Shown here piece by piece: positions 10,928-21,842 of a stretch of DNA of 47,623 nt (position 1 is the stretch's first letter; every line of letters begins with the position of its first letter). Origin of the DNA: a phage; the sequence record PZ445468.1, one strand, 5' to 3'. A model generated the notes under the pieces. It was not told the origin of the DNA, did no database searches, and saw nothing but the letters and a program-made list of their open reading frames with translations. The position numbers and the translations under genes were made by a program.

Positions 10928-11145
10928 GAAAGTTCAGCACGATACACGAATTGGTTTTAGCTGATATTCGTGAGTCAAACGCCAGAAATAAGAAGTCAAG
11001 AAATCAGCGGCAAGATATTACTTTTCGCACACTGCTTAAGCAATCGATGCGCAATAAAAAGGAATGGAGATACAGACGCGACCGAGTTCTGATAAGACTG
11101 TGCAAGTTAAACATGAATAAGATACTTAAGGATATGACAAAATGA
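10924..11145 (+). CDS. hypothetical basic protein
   Basis: ORF, K/R-rich. Confidence 0.4.
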   Translation: MRKFSTIHELVLADIRESNARNKKSRNQRQDITFRTLLKQSMRNKKEWRYRRDRVLIRLCKLNMNKILKDMTK

Positions 11146-11393
11146 GCGCACCACATATGCCGATGATGAATGAGGAAGGATTTTTGAACTGCCCATTCTG
11201 TGGCTGCAATGAAGTTAGCATTGCTGTCGATGAGGATGGGTGGGAGTACATAGAATGCGGAGATTGCTATTGCCGTACAGACGCATTTCGTAACAGAGAG
11301 CTAATGACTAAATCATGGAACACGAGAGAGGGACACATCTACACCGCAGACGACTTCAATCAGGCAGCGGAGGAGCGCGATTATGGATTATAA
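11142..11393 (+). CDS. zinc-finger protein
   Basis: CPFCGC ... CGDCYC cysteine pairs. Confidence 0.45.
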   Translation: MSAPHMPMMNEEGFLNCPFCGCNEVSIAVDEDGWEYIECGDCYCRTDAFRNRELMTKSWNTREGHIYTADDFNQAAEERDYGL

Positions 11394-11871
11394 ATCACAA
11401 ATCATGCGCGTGATTATGATGCATCCCGGCGCAACGCGTGCATACATTGAGAAGCATTGCGGAGGAAAGCACTCTAGCACTACAACGCACCGTCTGCATG
11501 AGATGCTTGCGCTTGGCTTTATTCGCCGCGAGAAGTCAGTGATTCGTGGTGGCAAGTGGCAGTATAAGTATTTCATCTCTGATGATGCGGCAGGTATTGA
11601 TGATGCAATTAAGTGCCATCTGATTGATAACGCTGGCGCAGAAGTGAAAGAAATCAGCATCGCAACTGGCATTGATTACCGAATCGTGAAAAGCCGCGTC
11701 CGCATTATGTTTCATAACGGTGATGTGACGCGAAGCTATGACCACCACAAGAAACTGTGGCGTTACTCATGGAAGGAGCAGGAAGTAAATGTGAGCAACC
11801 TGTTTAATTCACTTCTTCGCAACGCAAGAGGTCGTCATGGGGAAAGCGAAACGCAAGAAGCAAGAGTATGA
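11383..11871 (+). CDS. hypothetical protein, possible winged-helix DNA-binding
   Basis: two helix-rich repeats; weak. Confidence 0.4.
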   Translation: MDYKSQIMRVIMMHPGATRAYIEKHCGGKHSSTTTHRLHEMLALGFIRREKSVIRGGKWQYKYFISDDAAGIDDAIKCHLIDNAGAEVKEISIATGIDYRIVKSRVRIMFHNGDVTRSYDHHKKLWRYSWKEQEVNVSNLFNSLLRNARGRHGESETQEARV

Positions 11872-12013
11872 GCCACTGCCGCCATGCGAAATGTCAGGAA
11901 TGCCACAGCAAGAGGACGTGATTCTCACCGAGGCAGAGTGGCGCAAGGTGGCAAGGGTGCAAATCATGTTCCGCAAACTTGCTGAGGACGTACTAAATGA
12001 GATGGGCTATTAA
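11837..12013 (+). CDS. hypothetical protein (58 aa)
   Basis: short ORF read by eye, overlaps neighbours. Confidence 0.25.
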   Translation: MGKAKRKKQEYEPLPPCEMSGMPQQEDVILTEAEWRKVARVQIMFRKLAEDVLNEMGY

Positions 12014-12347
12014 GCACAAATCCGGCAGAACTCTGTTTGTAACATCAGATGAGTTCATTGCCAATAACCGTAAAGAGATGGGCTGGATAGTGGAGGAAGT
12101 GAAGATGACGAGTAAAGAGCAGTTTAACGAATGGTTTTATGAATATACCGGGTGCAACCCAAAGGACAGTAGATATGTGAATATGGTCGAGATGTACTGG
12201 ATGGCATGGCAGGCATCTCGCGCAGCAATTGAGATTGAATTGCCAGAGCCGTGCTCCCCAGGTGATTTCTGTGTTGATATACCAGCACAAGCACATCATG
12301 AAGTTATTGAAGCAATCGAAAACGCAGGCTTAAAGGTGAAAAAATGA
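11997..12347 (+). CDS. hypothetical protein (116 aa)
   Basis: ORF. Confidence 0.45.
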   Translation: MRWAIKHKSGRTLFVTSDEFIANNRKEMGWIVEEVKMTSKEQFNEWFYEYTGCNPKDSRYVNMVEMYWMAWQASRAAIEIELPEPCSPGDFCVDIPAQAHHEVIEAIENAGLKVKK

Positions 12348-12673
12348 TTATCCAGTTAAACGACATTATGAAAGCAGACATCATTCAGCTTGAAGATTAT
12401 GACATGCAATTGGCGTTTGAAATCGAAACTGTTGAGCGTCAACTGCAATATGCAGATAAGAAGAATGACCGCGTCTGGCATGAGAAAGCACTTAAGGCAC
12501 GCGACCACATGAAGCGCACGCGAGCACTCATCAAAACGCGACTCGATAAGCTGTATTTTGGCGAAGAAAGGATGTTGCATGGCGCAATTCTTGCCGAGGT
12601 GCGCAAAACAATGTCAGTTGGTCGCTTCATGGAACTGGTACATAAGGCTAAACGTAATGCGGGGTTGGTTTGA
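12344..12673 (+). CDS. hypothetical protein (109 aa)
   Basis: ORF with 4-nt overlap. Confidence 0.45.
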   Translation: MIIQLNDIMKADIIQLEDYDMQLAFEIETVERQLQYADKKNDRVWHEKALKARDHMKRTRALIKTRLDKLYFGEERMLHGAILAEVRKTMSVGRFMELVHKAKRNAGLV

Positions 12674-12921
12674 TGGAATTTAATATAAATGAGTCTGTAA
12701 AAATTAAGCTCAACGATAATGGCATCAATATTCTGCGCAAGCGACACAATGAACTTCGTTTGAGAGTTCCTGGTATTGGTGATTTTGTCGAGCCAGCAAA
12801 AGATGATGATGGATATTCGTCATTTCCGCTGTGGGCGCTATTCGATACATTTGGAGAATATGTCCACCTTGGGTGCATTCCACCATTCGACACTACAATT
12901 ATCATCCCGGAGCGAAAATGA
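12670..12921 (+). CDS. hypothetical protein (83 aa)
   Basis: ORF. Confidence 0.45.
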   Translation: MMEFNINESVKIKLNDNGINILRKRHNELRLRVPGIGDFVEPAKDDDGYSSFPLWALFDTFGEYVHLGCIPPFDTTIIIPERK

Positions 12922-13064
12922 TTCCATTACTTTGGATATTATCCGCCTACGCATTCGCAAGGGTATTTGAGGCTGACACGCTGTACCAGATGATTTGCTA
13001 TGGCGCTCTGTTCTGCCTGTCAGGTGCTGCGCTTGCATTCATGGATGATGTGATTTCAGACTAA
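12918..13064 (+). CDS. small membrane protein
   Basis: hydrophobic 48-aa ORF, internal ATG of track ORF. Confidence 0.3.
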   Translation: MIPLLWILSAYAFARVFEADTLYQMICYGALFCLSGAALAFMDDVISD

Positions 13065-13216
13065 CACCGTATATCTTTTGTTCATCATGGGCTGCTATCA
13101 TTTAATCAGGAGGTAGCCCATGAACATAATCCCTATCACTTACTTTCTCACGCTCTACGCGCTCACCGACTCGCCATTGTTTGCACTGGCTACCGCCTCA
13201 TGGTGCTACATCTCCC

Positions 13217-13227
13217 TGTGTTATAAT
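13217..13227 (+). promoter_or_regulatory. extended -10 promoter TGTGTTATAAT
   Basis: TGnTATAAT 31 nt upstream of 13259 ATG, no -35 consensus. Confidence 0.45.
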
Positions 13228-13258
13228 TCGACCACAAACTAACCGTGGAGAGTTAACC

Positions 13259-15135
<1,877 letters not shown>

Positions 15136-15146
15136 GGAGCCGAATA

Positions 15147-16217
15147 ATGGAAAAGATTATTTTTACCAAAGACTTGGTAGCCAACTCCGCAGTAGTGGCT
15201 GACCAGTGGAAACATCTCACTATCGACCGTAAGGTGTTCTGCAATGCAGAAGCTGAGCTGGCGAAAACTTACGGTGTGAACGCCACCGCACTGGTAACGA
15301 AAGATTACTGGCGCGACGTGGACAACGTCACCACCCGCGTTTTCCGCAACGAAGCTGGTCAGGACATGATGGCTGACCTGATGGTTATCGCGGCAAACAT
15401 CAACATCGGTAAGACTGTAGCAATCAGCCGCATCGCTTCCGATGCTGGTAAGGTCGTCCGCACCCTGTCTGGTCAGGAACCGGAAGATTTGGATAAAACT
15501 CGCTACGATTACACTGGCGATGTGATTCCAATCTTCAAGACTGGCTACAGCCGCGAATGGCGCGAACTGCTGGGTATGCAGTCTGAAGGTTTTGACCCAC
15601 TGCTGGACGATCAGGCTAACGTCACCTTCAACCTGCGTTCCGACATGGCGCAGTATCTGCTGACTGGTGACCAGACTCTGAACGTGAACGGCGTTTACAC
15701 TGGATACGGTATCACCAACCACCCGAACACTGTTCAGGTTAACCTGAATGCTTCCGGCGGCCTGAACATCGACCTGCAAACCGCAACACCAGACGAAATC
15801 GTGACCTTCTTCAATCAGGATTTCCAGGCTATTCTTGATGCGCAGAACGTATTTGAGCAGGTGACTCTGTGGGTTTCCCCAGCAGTACGCCGCAGCTTCA
15901 TGCGCCCGTATTCTGATGCAGCAGGTTTCAAAGGTGGCACTGTTGAGCAGTACATCACGCAGTTTGGCAACGGTCGCATCGGCAAGATCGGCACCAACTT
16001 CCTGCTGACCGGCAACCATTTCGTTGGCTATGTTCGCAACGACATGTACATCCGTCCGCGTGTTGCTCAGCCTGTTTCCACCTACGCAGCAGCCCGTGCA
16101 AACCCGCACGATAACTTCAATTTCCTCGTGTGGTCTGCTTTTGGTCTGCAAATTCGCAAGGATGCCACTGGCAAGTCAAGAGTATTCAACGGCTACGGCA
16201 CGCAAACTACGGTGTAA
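15147..16217 (+). CDS. major capsid protein
   Basis: 356-aa ORF in capsid position with strong RBS and downstream terminator. Confidence 0.8.
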   Translation: MEKIIFTKDLVANSAVVADQWKHLTIDRKVFCNAEAELAKTYGVNATALVTKDYWRDVDNVTTRVFRNEAGQDMMADLMVIAANINIGKTVAISRIASDAGKVVRTLSGQEPEDLDKTRYDYTGDVIPIFKTGYSREWRELLGMQSEGFDPLLDDQANVTFNLRSDMAQYLLTGDQTLNVNGVYTGYGITNHPNTVQVNLNASGGLNIDLQTATPDEIVTFFNQDFQAILDAQNVFEQVTLWVSPAVRRSFMRPYSDAAGFKGGTVEQYITQFGNGRIGKIGTNFLLTGNHFVGYVRNDMYIRPRVAQPVSTYAAARANPHDNFNFLVWSAFGLQIRKDATGKSRVFNGYGTQTTV

Positions 16218-16223
16218 TAAAAA

Positions 16224-16246
16224 AGGGGCGAAAGCCCCTTTATAAC
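16224..16246 (+). terminator. rho-independent terminator
   Basis: AGGGGCGAAAGCCCCT hairpin after capsid gene. Confidence 0.6.
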
Positions 16247-16260
16247 CACTAGAGGTCACC

Positions 16261-16635
16261 ATGAGCGATAAAGACATTGAGCAGGAAATCCAAGAAAAAG
16301 GATTGACAGCGCCACGCATCACTCTGCAGCACATTCAGTCACTCATTGATGGTGAATATTATTTTACGGCAGCAGACGGTGTGCAACAGTCGATGCACAA
16401 ACAGGATGAGTTAACCAGACTCGTTGGCCCCCATAGAGAAATTGAATTTCTTACCTTTTGTGTTTTGGTGTTGAAAAATGGCTTCACCGTCACAGGTGAA
16501 AGCGCATGTGCCAGCCCTGAGAATTTCGATGCTGAAATTGGTCGCAAGATTGCGCGCGAAAATGCGGTTAACAAAATTTGGATGCTGGAAGGATACCTAC
16601 TTAAACAGCGTCTTTCGGAGGTGAATAATGGCTAA
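16261..16635 (+). CDS. gp49-like protein (N4 gp49 / Sf6 gp66 family)
   Basis: motif resemblance recalled from memory (ENFDAEIGRKIARENA). Confidence 0.4.
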   Translation: MSDKDIEQEIQEKGLTAPRITLQHIQSLIDGEYYFTAADGVQQSMHKQDELTRLVGPHREIEFLTFCVLVLKNGFTVTGESACASPENFDAEIGRKIARENAVNKIWMLEGYLLKQRLSEVNNG

Positions 16636-16825
16636 GTACGAAGTGATCGCTCGCGGAATCTTTGTTAAAGAGAAAGGCAAGATTCGTGAGTTGCAGCTTG
16701 GCGAGGTGATTACCGAACCAGACGAGCATCTGCTACCAAAACTGCGCATCATGCCAGAGCTGGAAAAGTCTTTCGAAGTCGCAACCCCGCAAGAAAAGAC
16801 GACAAAGAAAAAGAAAGCAGAGTAA
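16628..16825 (+). CDS. hypothetical protein (65 aa)
   Basis: ORF, Lys-rich C-terminus. Confidence 0.4.
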   Translation: MAKYEVIARGIFVKEKGKIRELQLGEVITEPDEHLLPKLRIMPELEKSFEVATPQEKTTKKKKAE

Positions 16826-16827
16826 AC

Positions 16828-16853
16828 AAAACCCGCATTATGCGGGTTTTTTA
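16828..16853. terminator. bidirectional rho-independent terminator
   Basis: AAACCCGCATTATGCGGGTTTTTT between convergent genes. Confidence 0.7.
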
Positions 16854-16856
16854 TTG

Positions 16857-17393
16857 CTACAGACGCATCGGCATAACAACAATCTTCGCAGTCTCGCCAG
16901 ATGGCGCACTAAGGCAGCAAACTGCGGCATTTGTATTTCCATTCAACTCAAACTTAACGCCACAGAATTTAGGATTAAACAACTTAGCCACTTTCTCGAT
17001 ATCAACAAGGTAGCCAGCATTAAAGCCAATTTCCTCTGCTGCTTTAGTTTCTTTTGGTATCACGCGGTCAATATCAGGGAATCGACCATCAATCTCTTCG
17101 CAGATACCAGCTCCAACCATCACGCCAGCTTCATCATGATACGTTGAAATTTTCGACTTGGTATCAATGATGGCGTACTCATAACGTTTTGTTGGAGATT
17201 TGCCAATCTTGATAATCACCTTTTCTGTCAGCTTATTGTCATGGCTGCCGCCAATAAATGCGCGATGACCGTCAGTTGATGCGACGCGACCATCAGGCAT
17301 GAAGCAGATGCCATTCAGGTAGTAACGCACATCGTTTTTCGCCTGAAATATCAACGCGCCTTCAAGTAATAATTTGCTGATTTTTAGTTTCAT
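16857..17393 (-). CDS. truncated DNA polymerase III beta-clamp (DnaN) homologue
   Basis: DVRYYLNG, TDGHR, DGRFPD, EIGFN and C-terminal VVMPMRL match E. coli DnaN domain II and end of domain III. Confidence 0.6.
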   Translation of the reverse strand: MKLKISKLLLEGALIFQAKNDVRYYLNGICFMPDGRVASTDGHRAFIGGSHDNKLTEKVIIKIGKSPTKRYEYAIIDTKSKISTYHDEAGVMVGAGICEEIDGRFPDIDRVIPKETKAAEEIGFNAGYLVDIEKVAKLFNPKFCGVKFELNGNTNAAVCCLSAPSGETAKIVVMPMRL

Positions 17394-17569
17394 CACTTCA
17401 CCTTAATCATGTGTTGTTTTGCAACCTTCAGGCATTCTTCAAAAATGCCACCCTTCTTTGCGCTCTGATTGCGCCTGTAGTGGGTAATTGCGGCCTCTAT
17501 GGCCGCGTTGTCGATGCCCGGCAGTTTGTCGCGCAGGTTTTTCTCGATGAATTGTTCAGGAGTCATCAT
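17393..17569 (-). CDS. hypothetical protein (58 aa)
   Basis: short ORF read by eye, start/stop overlaps with both neighbours. Confidence 0.3.
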   Translation of the reverse strand: MMTPEQFIEKNLRDKLPGIDNAAIEAAITHYRRNQSAKKGGIFEECLKVAKQHMIKVK

Positions 17570-17832
17570 CAATCACCATCATCGTGAAGGCTGTTGAGTT
17601 TGCCTCCGCAGAAAGGACAAAAATTAAGCAGAACTGGATTTTTATTTCCAGCTTGATAGGTGACTTTTTCACCCAATGATTCTCCTGTGGAAATTAGCAC
17701 CGATTGCACAGAAACTAATCCTTTTGTGTTTTTATTTGCTGCACGCTGAAGGTATTCAGCGAGATGTGCGCAAATATTAGTTGCGTATCTTTTCCCTTCG
17801 CTTGCGCATGGAATTAATTTTTCGGTCATCAC
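17569..17832 (-). CDS. zinc-ribbon protein
   Basis: C-terminal CPFCGG motif. Confidence 0.45.
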   Translation of the reverse strand: MMTEKLIPCASEGKRYATNICAHLAEYLQRAANKNTKGLVSVQSVLISTGESLGEKVTYQAGNKNPVLLNFCPFCGGKLNSLHDDGD

Positions 17833-18638
17833 ATCTTCTCCAGAATAGCCATAACTTCGTGAATATCAGCAACAGGGATCTGGATAAATTCCTCATCCTC
17901 TGCCACCACATGACCAGCAGGAAGAATCACATGGTCGGCTGGCTTCAATAACTCAATCAAACGGTCTACTGGCTTAATCTTTTTCGACTTCAGCACCTTC
18001 GCAGTGACCTTATCCTTACCTTGCGCCTTCGCTTCTTCCACTGCCTCGTCGATAAGTTTAACCGCATCATCACCATGCTCACGCGTTACTGCTACGGCAT
18101 TTGCATAGCTGATTTGCCCGGCGCTGATGCGCGCCTTTACTTCCGCCGTAACGTCACCAAGCGATAGGTGCATTTGCACGTCAGATACTGAGCGACCTAC
18201 CTTTTTTGCTATTTCTTCATTAGTCCAGCCAAAGCCTTTCAGTCGCGTGTAAGCCTTTGCGCGTTCAAACGGGTCGAGCTTCTTGCCCTGACTTGATGAC
18301 ACCATAAAGGCGATTTTATCCGCCTCATCCCCTGTGAAATCCTTACACTCAATACGAACGATTGGTGCTCCGCGCTCAATGGCTCGCAGTGCGCCGAGAT
18401 AGCGATGCTGACCATCAAGAATGCGGATTCCCTTCTCGTCAGGAATAACTGTTAATGCTGGTAATGGTTGGCCTGACTCCCAGCACTGCGCGAAATATTC
18501 CACATGCTGCTCATCTGCTTCGCGGATGTTGTATCCCGGCTCCAGATAGATTTGCTCCACTGGCACGAGATAGGTTTTGTTAACAGCGATGCCGTTTCGC
18601 GTCTCTTTGTCTGAATAGATTTTGCTGAGTGTTTTCAT
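17829..18638 (-). CDS. ParB-like nuclease domain protein (DGQHR motif)
   Basis: ILDGQHRYLGALRA motif typical of ParB/DndB-like N-terminal domain. Confidence 0.55.
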   Translation of the reverse strand: MKTLSKIYSDKETRNGIAVNKTYLVPVEQIYLEPGYNIREADEQHVEYFAQCWESGQPLPALTVIPDEKGIRILDGQHRYLGALRAIERGAPIVRIECKDFTGDEADKIAFMVSSSQGKKLDPFERAKAYTRLKGFGWTNEEIAKKVGRSVSDVQMHLSLGDVTAEVKARISAGQISYANAVAVTREHGDDAVKLIDEAVEEAKAQGKDKVTAKVLKSKKIKPVDRLIELLKPADHVILPAGHVVAEDEEFIQIPVADIHEVMAILEKM

Positions 18639-18649
18639 TGTTTATCCTA

Positions 18650-19126
18650 TTAATCAAAAATCCAATTTTCTGTTTCCGAGTTGTGACCGAGGTTGTAGCT
18701 AATAACAGGTTTTGATGTGTCTATTTTTTTTAATTCATCAACAACAGTTGTGATTACGGCTATATCCTGTTTTAGTCGCATCAAGTGATATTTCTTTCTA
18801 CGCAACAAGCTTTCAAGCGCTAGTTGCTGAGATTGAAACGCATAAGATCGTTCTGCTGACTTAGCAATTTTCTTGATTGCATATCTATTTTTCTTATCTT
18901 TCCACTCCGCAAGCCAGCGGGGAATATCACGTTCATGATTGTATACTTTGAACCAGTGGGCTGGGGCTATCCATACATAGTACGCTGTCTGGTGAAAAGC
19001 AATGAACTGCTGAGAAATTATTTTGATACCGTCACTTTCGACTGTTTCAAAATACTTCCAGTAAACAGGCATGCCGTTGAACTCTGTTTTAGCATCTGGA
19101 AATGGAACTGACCATGATTCACTCAT
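18650..19126 (-). CDS. hypothetical protein (158 aa)
   Basis: first gene of antisense operon. Confidence 0.5.
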   Translation of the reverse strand: MSESWSVPFPDAKTEFNGMPVYWKYFETVESDGIKIISQQFIAFHQTAYYVWIAPAHWFKVYNHERDIPRWLAEWKDKKNRYAIKKIAKSAERSYAFQSQQLALESLLRRKKYHLMRLKQDIAVITTVVDELKKIDTSKPVISYNLGHNSETENWIFD

Positions 19127-19168
19127 TTTTCATCACCTCTAACATTTATTGTTGTTTCTACGCCACCA

Positions 19169-19214
19169 ACTATAAACGCCGCACTAATCTACGTCAACAG
19201 GAATATGCTAAAAT
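19169..19214. promoter_or_regulatory. divergent promoters
   Basis: leftward TTGACG-17-TATAGT; rightward extended -10 TGCTAAAAT; contains AATCTACGTCAAC. Confidence 0.5.
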
Positions 19215-19244
19215 CATGCTAATCAAACAACAGGGGATTTAAAC

Positions 19245-19364
19245 ATGGGTTCAACAAACGGTCCATCTCGTTCACGCGCTACTGGCAACACAAAAACTGG
19301 CGGCAAAACTGGCGCAGTGAAGCCAAACGGTTCTACCCGCTCACCGTCGCGCGGTAAAAAATAA
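19245..19364 (+). CDS. highly basic 39-aa protein
   Basis: short ORF read by eye; stop overlaps next ATG. Confidence 0.3.
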   Translation: MGSTNGPSRSRATGNTKTGGKTGAVKPNGSTRSPSRGKK

Positions 19365-19804
19365 TGTTCGGCGCAGATGTTGCCATCATGATCATGTATG
19401 TGTTGGGTTTTGCCTGCACTGGCATGGTCGCGTTTCTGGTGTTCATTCCGGCAATGGTGATGTCTGTGTATCTTGGATGGGTGCTTGTTGATTCATTTCC
19501 CGCCGAATATCTGTATTACATTGCGCAGTCTATGGTCTGGTTGTTTCCGGCTATAGAGCTGCGCAAAAGTACAAAGATGGCGCTCTGCGTGCTGACGATG
19601 AGCCTTTACGAATGGCTGGTTGCGATAGAGTCATTCGTATGGGAATTTATCACGCCTGTAGAAACGCCGCTTCATGCGCAGTACGCATTTATTATTATCG
19701 GCATCCATCTGTTCATCCTTTCCATCACTTTTAAATGGGGCGGCGAAATTGGACATTATTCTTGGCGTGGTCGCCATTGTTTTTTCGCTGATTCAAATCT
19801 ATAA
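19364..19804 (+). CDS. membrane protein
   Basis: several hydrophobic segments. Confidence 0.45.
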   Translation: MFGADVAIMIMYVLGFACTGMVAFLVFIPAMVMSVYLGWVLVDSFPAEYLYYIAQSMVWLFPAIELRKSTKMALCVLTMSLYEWLVAIESFVWEFITPVETPLHAQYAFIIIGIHLFILSITFKWGGEIGHYSWRGRHCFFADSNL

Positions 19805-19836
19805 GTGCTGGAAACATATCATCAGCGAGACACGCA

Positions 19837-20121
19837 ATGAACGGGACACTAAGGCAAATCGCAGAGCAGATTATAAGCGGAACGACAGGACAGGTGATTG
19901 ATAAGGCTGGATACGCTTCTATTGGCACAGGTATCGGTCTGAAGGTTGCAGAGCAAACACCTGTCACGCAATCTTATTTTGAGGCTATGATTCCACACAG
20001 CCTGACAGAATGGGCGGCAGTAGCGTCAATCCTCGGCGCTCTGTCTCTGGTAATAAAGAACCTGTTTGAAATGTGGTGGAAGGTACGGGAGTCGAAAAAA
20101 AATGGCAGCACCAACACCTGA
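19837..20121 (+). CDS. hypothetical protein
   Basis: ORF. Confidence 0.4.
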   Translation: MNGTLRQIAEQIISGTTGQVIDKAGYASIGTGIGLKVAEQTPVTQSYFEAMIPHSLTEWAAVASILGALSLVIKNLFEMWWKVRESKKNGSTNT

Positions 20122-20500
20122 AGAATTAGTAAGCCAGATGGCATCCCGTGGAATGACTATCACCACAACGGATGCGTCCGGCATTCTGTGCCTTGTGGCA
20201 TCAATCAGTGAATGCCTTGAGCTGAACTATCCAAATGATGAATGCCGACAAAATGCGATCATGCTGTGGGCTTCAATCCTGATTAGCGCAAACACCTCAG
20301 GTCGCTACGTCACCAGTCAGAGTGCGCCTTCTGGCGCTTCACAATCATTCGCGTATGGCAGTAAGCCGTGGGTGGCGCTGTACAACCAGATGAAGCTACT
20401 GGATACAGCAGGATGCACTGGCGATTTAGTGGAAGACCCTGACGGAAGCGGTAAACCGTGGTTTGCGGTTGTGCGTGGTTCACGTTGCGGAGGTAGATAA
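20102..20500 (+). CDS. putative head-tail connector protein
   Basis: position in neck module; weak. Confidence 0.35.
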   Translation: MAAPTPEELVSQMASRGMTITTTDASGILCLVASISECLELNYPNDECRQNAIMLWASILISANTSGRYVTSQSAPSGASQSFAYGSKPWVALYNQMKLLDTAGCTGDLVEDPDGSGKPWFAVVRGSRCGGR

Positions 20501-20625
20501 TGACTACTGGTCAAATCAAAGTAAAAGTTGGCGTGCGCAAATATTGCCTATGGGCTATGGCTATTCTTGCGTTGCTGCGCATTCCAGTACCAAAGTGGAT
20601 GTTTGTTGTTGAGAAATCATCATGA
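20500..20625 (+). CDS. hypothetical protein (41 aa)
   Basis: short ORF read by eye, coupled start/stop. Confidence 0.25.
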   Translation: MTTGQIKVKVGVRKYCLWAMAILALLRIPVPKWMFVVEKSS

Positions 20626-20963
20626 CTTCAATTGCCCGGTTTTCTTATACCCAACCATGCACCATCTGGCACAAAAGCGGCACTGACAAGTACGGTAAGC
20701 CGACTTTTGATGCACCAGTGAGCATCATGTGCGATTATGGCTTTAACGATGATGTATCGACCGATGCGAAAGGCAATGAGATTGTGCAGAAGAATACCTT
20801 CTGGACTGAATACACTGCCGCTAAGGTGGGCGACTACATCATGATTGGCACGGTAACAGAAGCTGACCCGCTGGCAGCTGGCGCAAACCAGATTCTGAAT
20901 GTGATTAATTATGGCAACACTTTCCAAAGAAATGAGCCGCCTGATTTCGCACTGGTGACATAA
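20622..20963 (+). CDS. putative head-tail adaptor
   Basis: position. Confidence 0.35.
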   Translation: MTSIARFSYTQPCTIWHKSGTDKYGKPTFDAPVSIMCDYGFNDDVSTDAKGNEIVQKNTFWTEYTAAKVGDYIMIGTVTEADPLAAGANQILNVINYGNTFQRNEPPDFALVT

Positions 20964-21361
20964 TGCCAGCTAAATTAAGGGGCGTTCGGCAGGCAGTAGA
21001 AAGAACATCGCAGATTGTGGATGAGATAATCGCCACGAAAGCTGTGCGTGCAATCAAGTCAGCGACATACATCATCCGCACAGAATCAGCCACGCTGACG
21101 CCAATTGATACGTCAACGCTGATTAACAGTCAGTTTGATGCCGTGGAAGTCAGCGGAACGCGAATCACTGGCAAGGTTGGTTATTCTGCAAAATATGCGC
21201 TGTACGTCCACAATGCCAGTGGCAGACTTGCAGGCAAACCGCGCAGCAATGGTAATGGCACGTATTGGAGTCCGGGAGGGGAACCACAATTCCTGACCAA
21301 AGCAGCGCAACGCACAAAAGACCTGGTTGATAGCGTGATTAAGAAGGAGATGAAACTGTGA
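20963..21361 (+). CDS. putative tail component (HK97 gp10-like)
   Basis: position and size. Confidence 0.35.
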   Translation: MPAKLRGVRQAVERTSQIVDEIIATKAVRAIKSATYIIRTESATLTPIDTSTLINSQFDAVEVSGTRITGKVGYSAKYALYVHNASGRLAGKPRSNGNGTYWSPGGEPQFLTKAAQRTKDLVDSVIKKEMKL

Positions 21362-21732
21362 ACATGCTTGAACTGGTTGATGCATATCTTCAGGATGCCG
21401 GATTATACGATGGTTGGACTTCGCAGTTGCAGTTCTGGAATGACACCGGAGATGGCAACGAGCAGTTTATTGTTCTGCAATCCAACGGTGGAACGCAGGT
21501 GATGGATGGCCTCGGCGGTGACTTCTATTTCTCGCTGTATGTTGTTGGCAAACATGGGCAGTACAATGTTGCGGATGTTGATGCGAAAGCCAGTGAGATT
21601 ATCGAATACATCAAGACACATCCGATTGATTCATGCGTTAACTACATCCAGTTGCAAGCGCCACTTGGCAGGCCAATGCTGACGGAGGAAAAACGACCTG
21701 TGCATGAGTTGCTTTTACGGGTTGTGAAATAA
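21358..21732 (+). CDS. putative tail completion / terminator protein
   Basis: position. Confidence 0.35.
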   Translation: MNMLELVDAYLQDAGLYDGWTSQLQFWNDTGDGNEQFIVLQSNGGTQVMDGLGGDFYFSLYVVGKHGQYNVADVDAKASEIIEYIKTHPIDSCVNYIQLQAPLGRPMLTEEKRPVHELLLRVVK

Positions 21733-21734
21733 AT

Positions 21735-21761
21735 AAAGCCGCACGAAGCGGCTTTTAATTT
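21735..21761 (+). terminator. rho-independent terminator
   Basis: AAAGCCGCACGAAGCGGCTTTTAATTT. Confidence 0.65.
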
Positions 21762-21836
21762 GGCACACCATGCAGGACTCGAACCTGCAACCAATAGCTT
21801 AGAAGGCTACTGCTCTGTCCGTTGAGCTAATGGTGT
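21761..21836 (-). tRNA. tRNA-Arg (anticodon TCT)
   Basis: 76-nt cloverleaf folded by hand: 7-bp acceptor stem ACACCAT/ATGGTGT, GTTCGAGTC T-loop, anticodon loop CTTCTAA, CCA end. Confidence 0.8.
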
Positions 21837-21842
21837 TTTATT

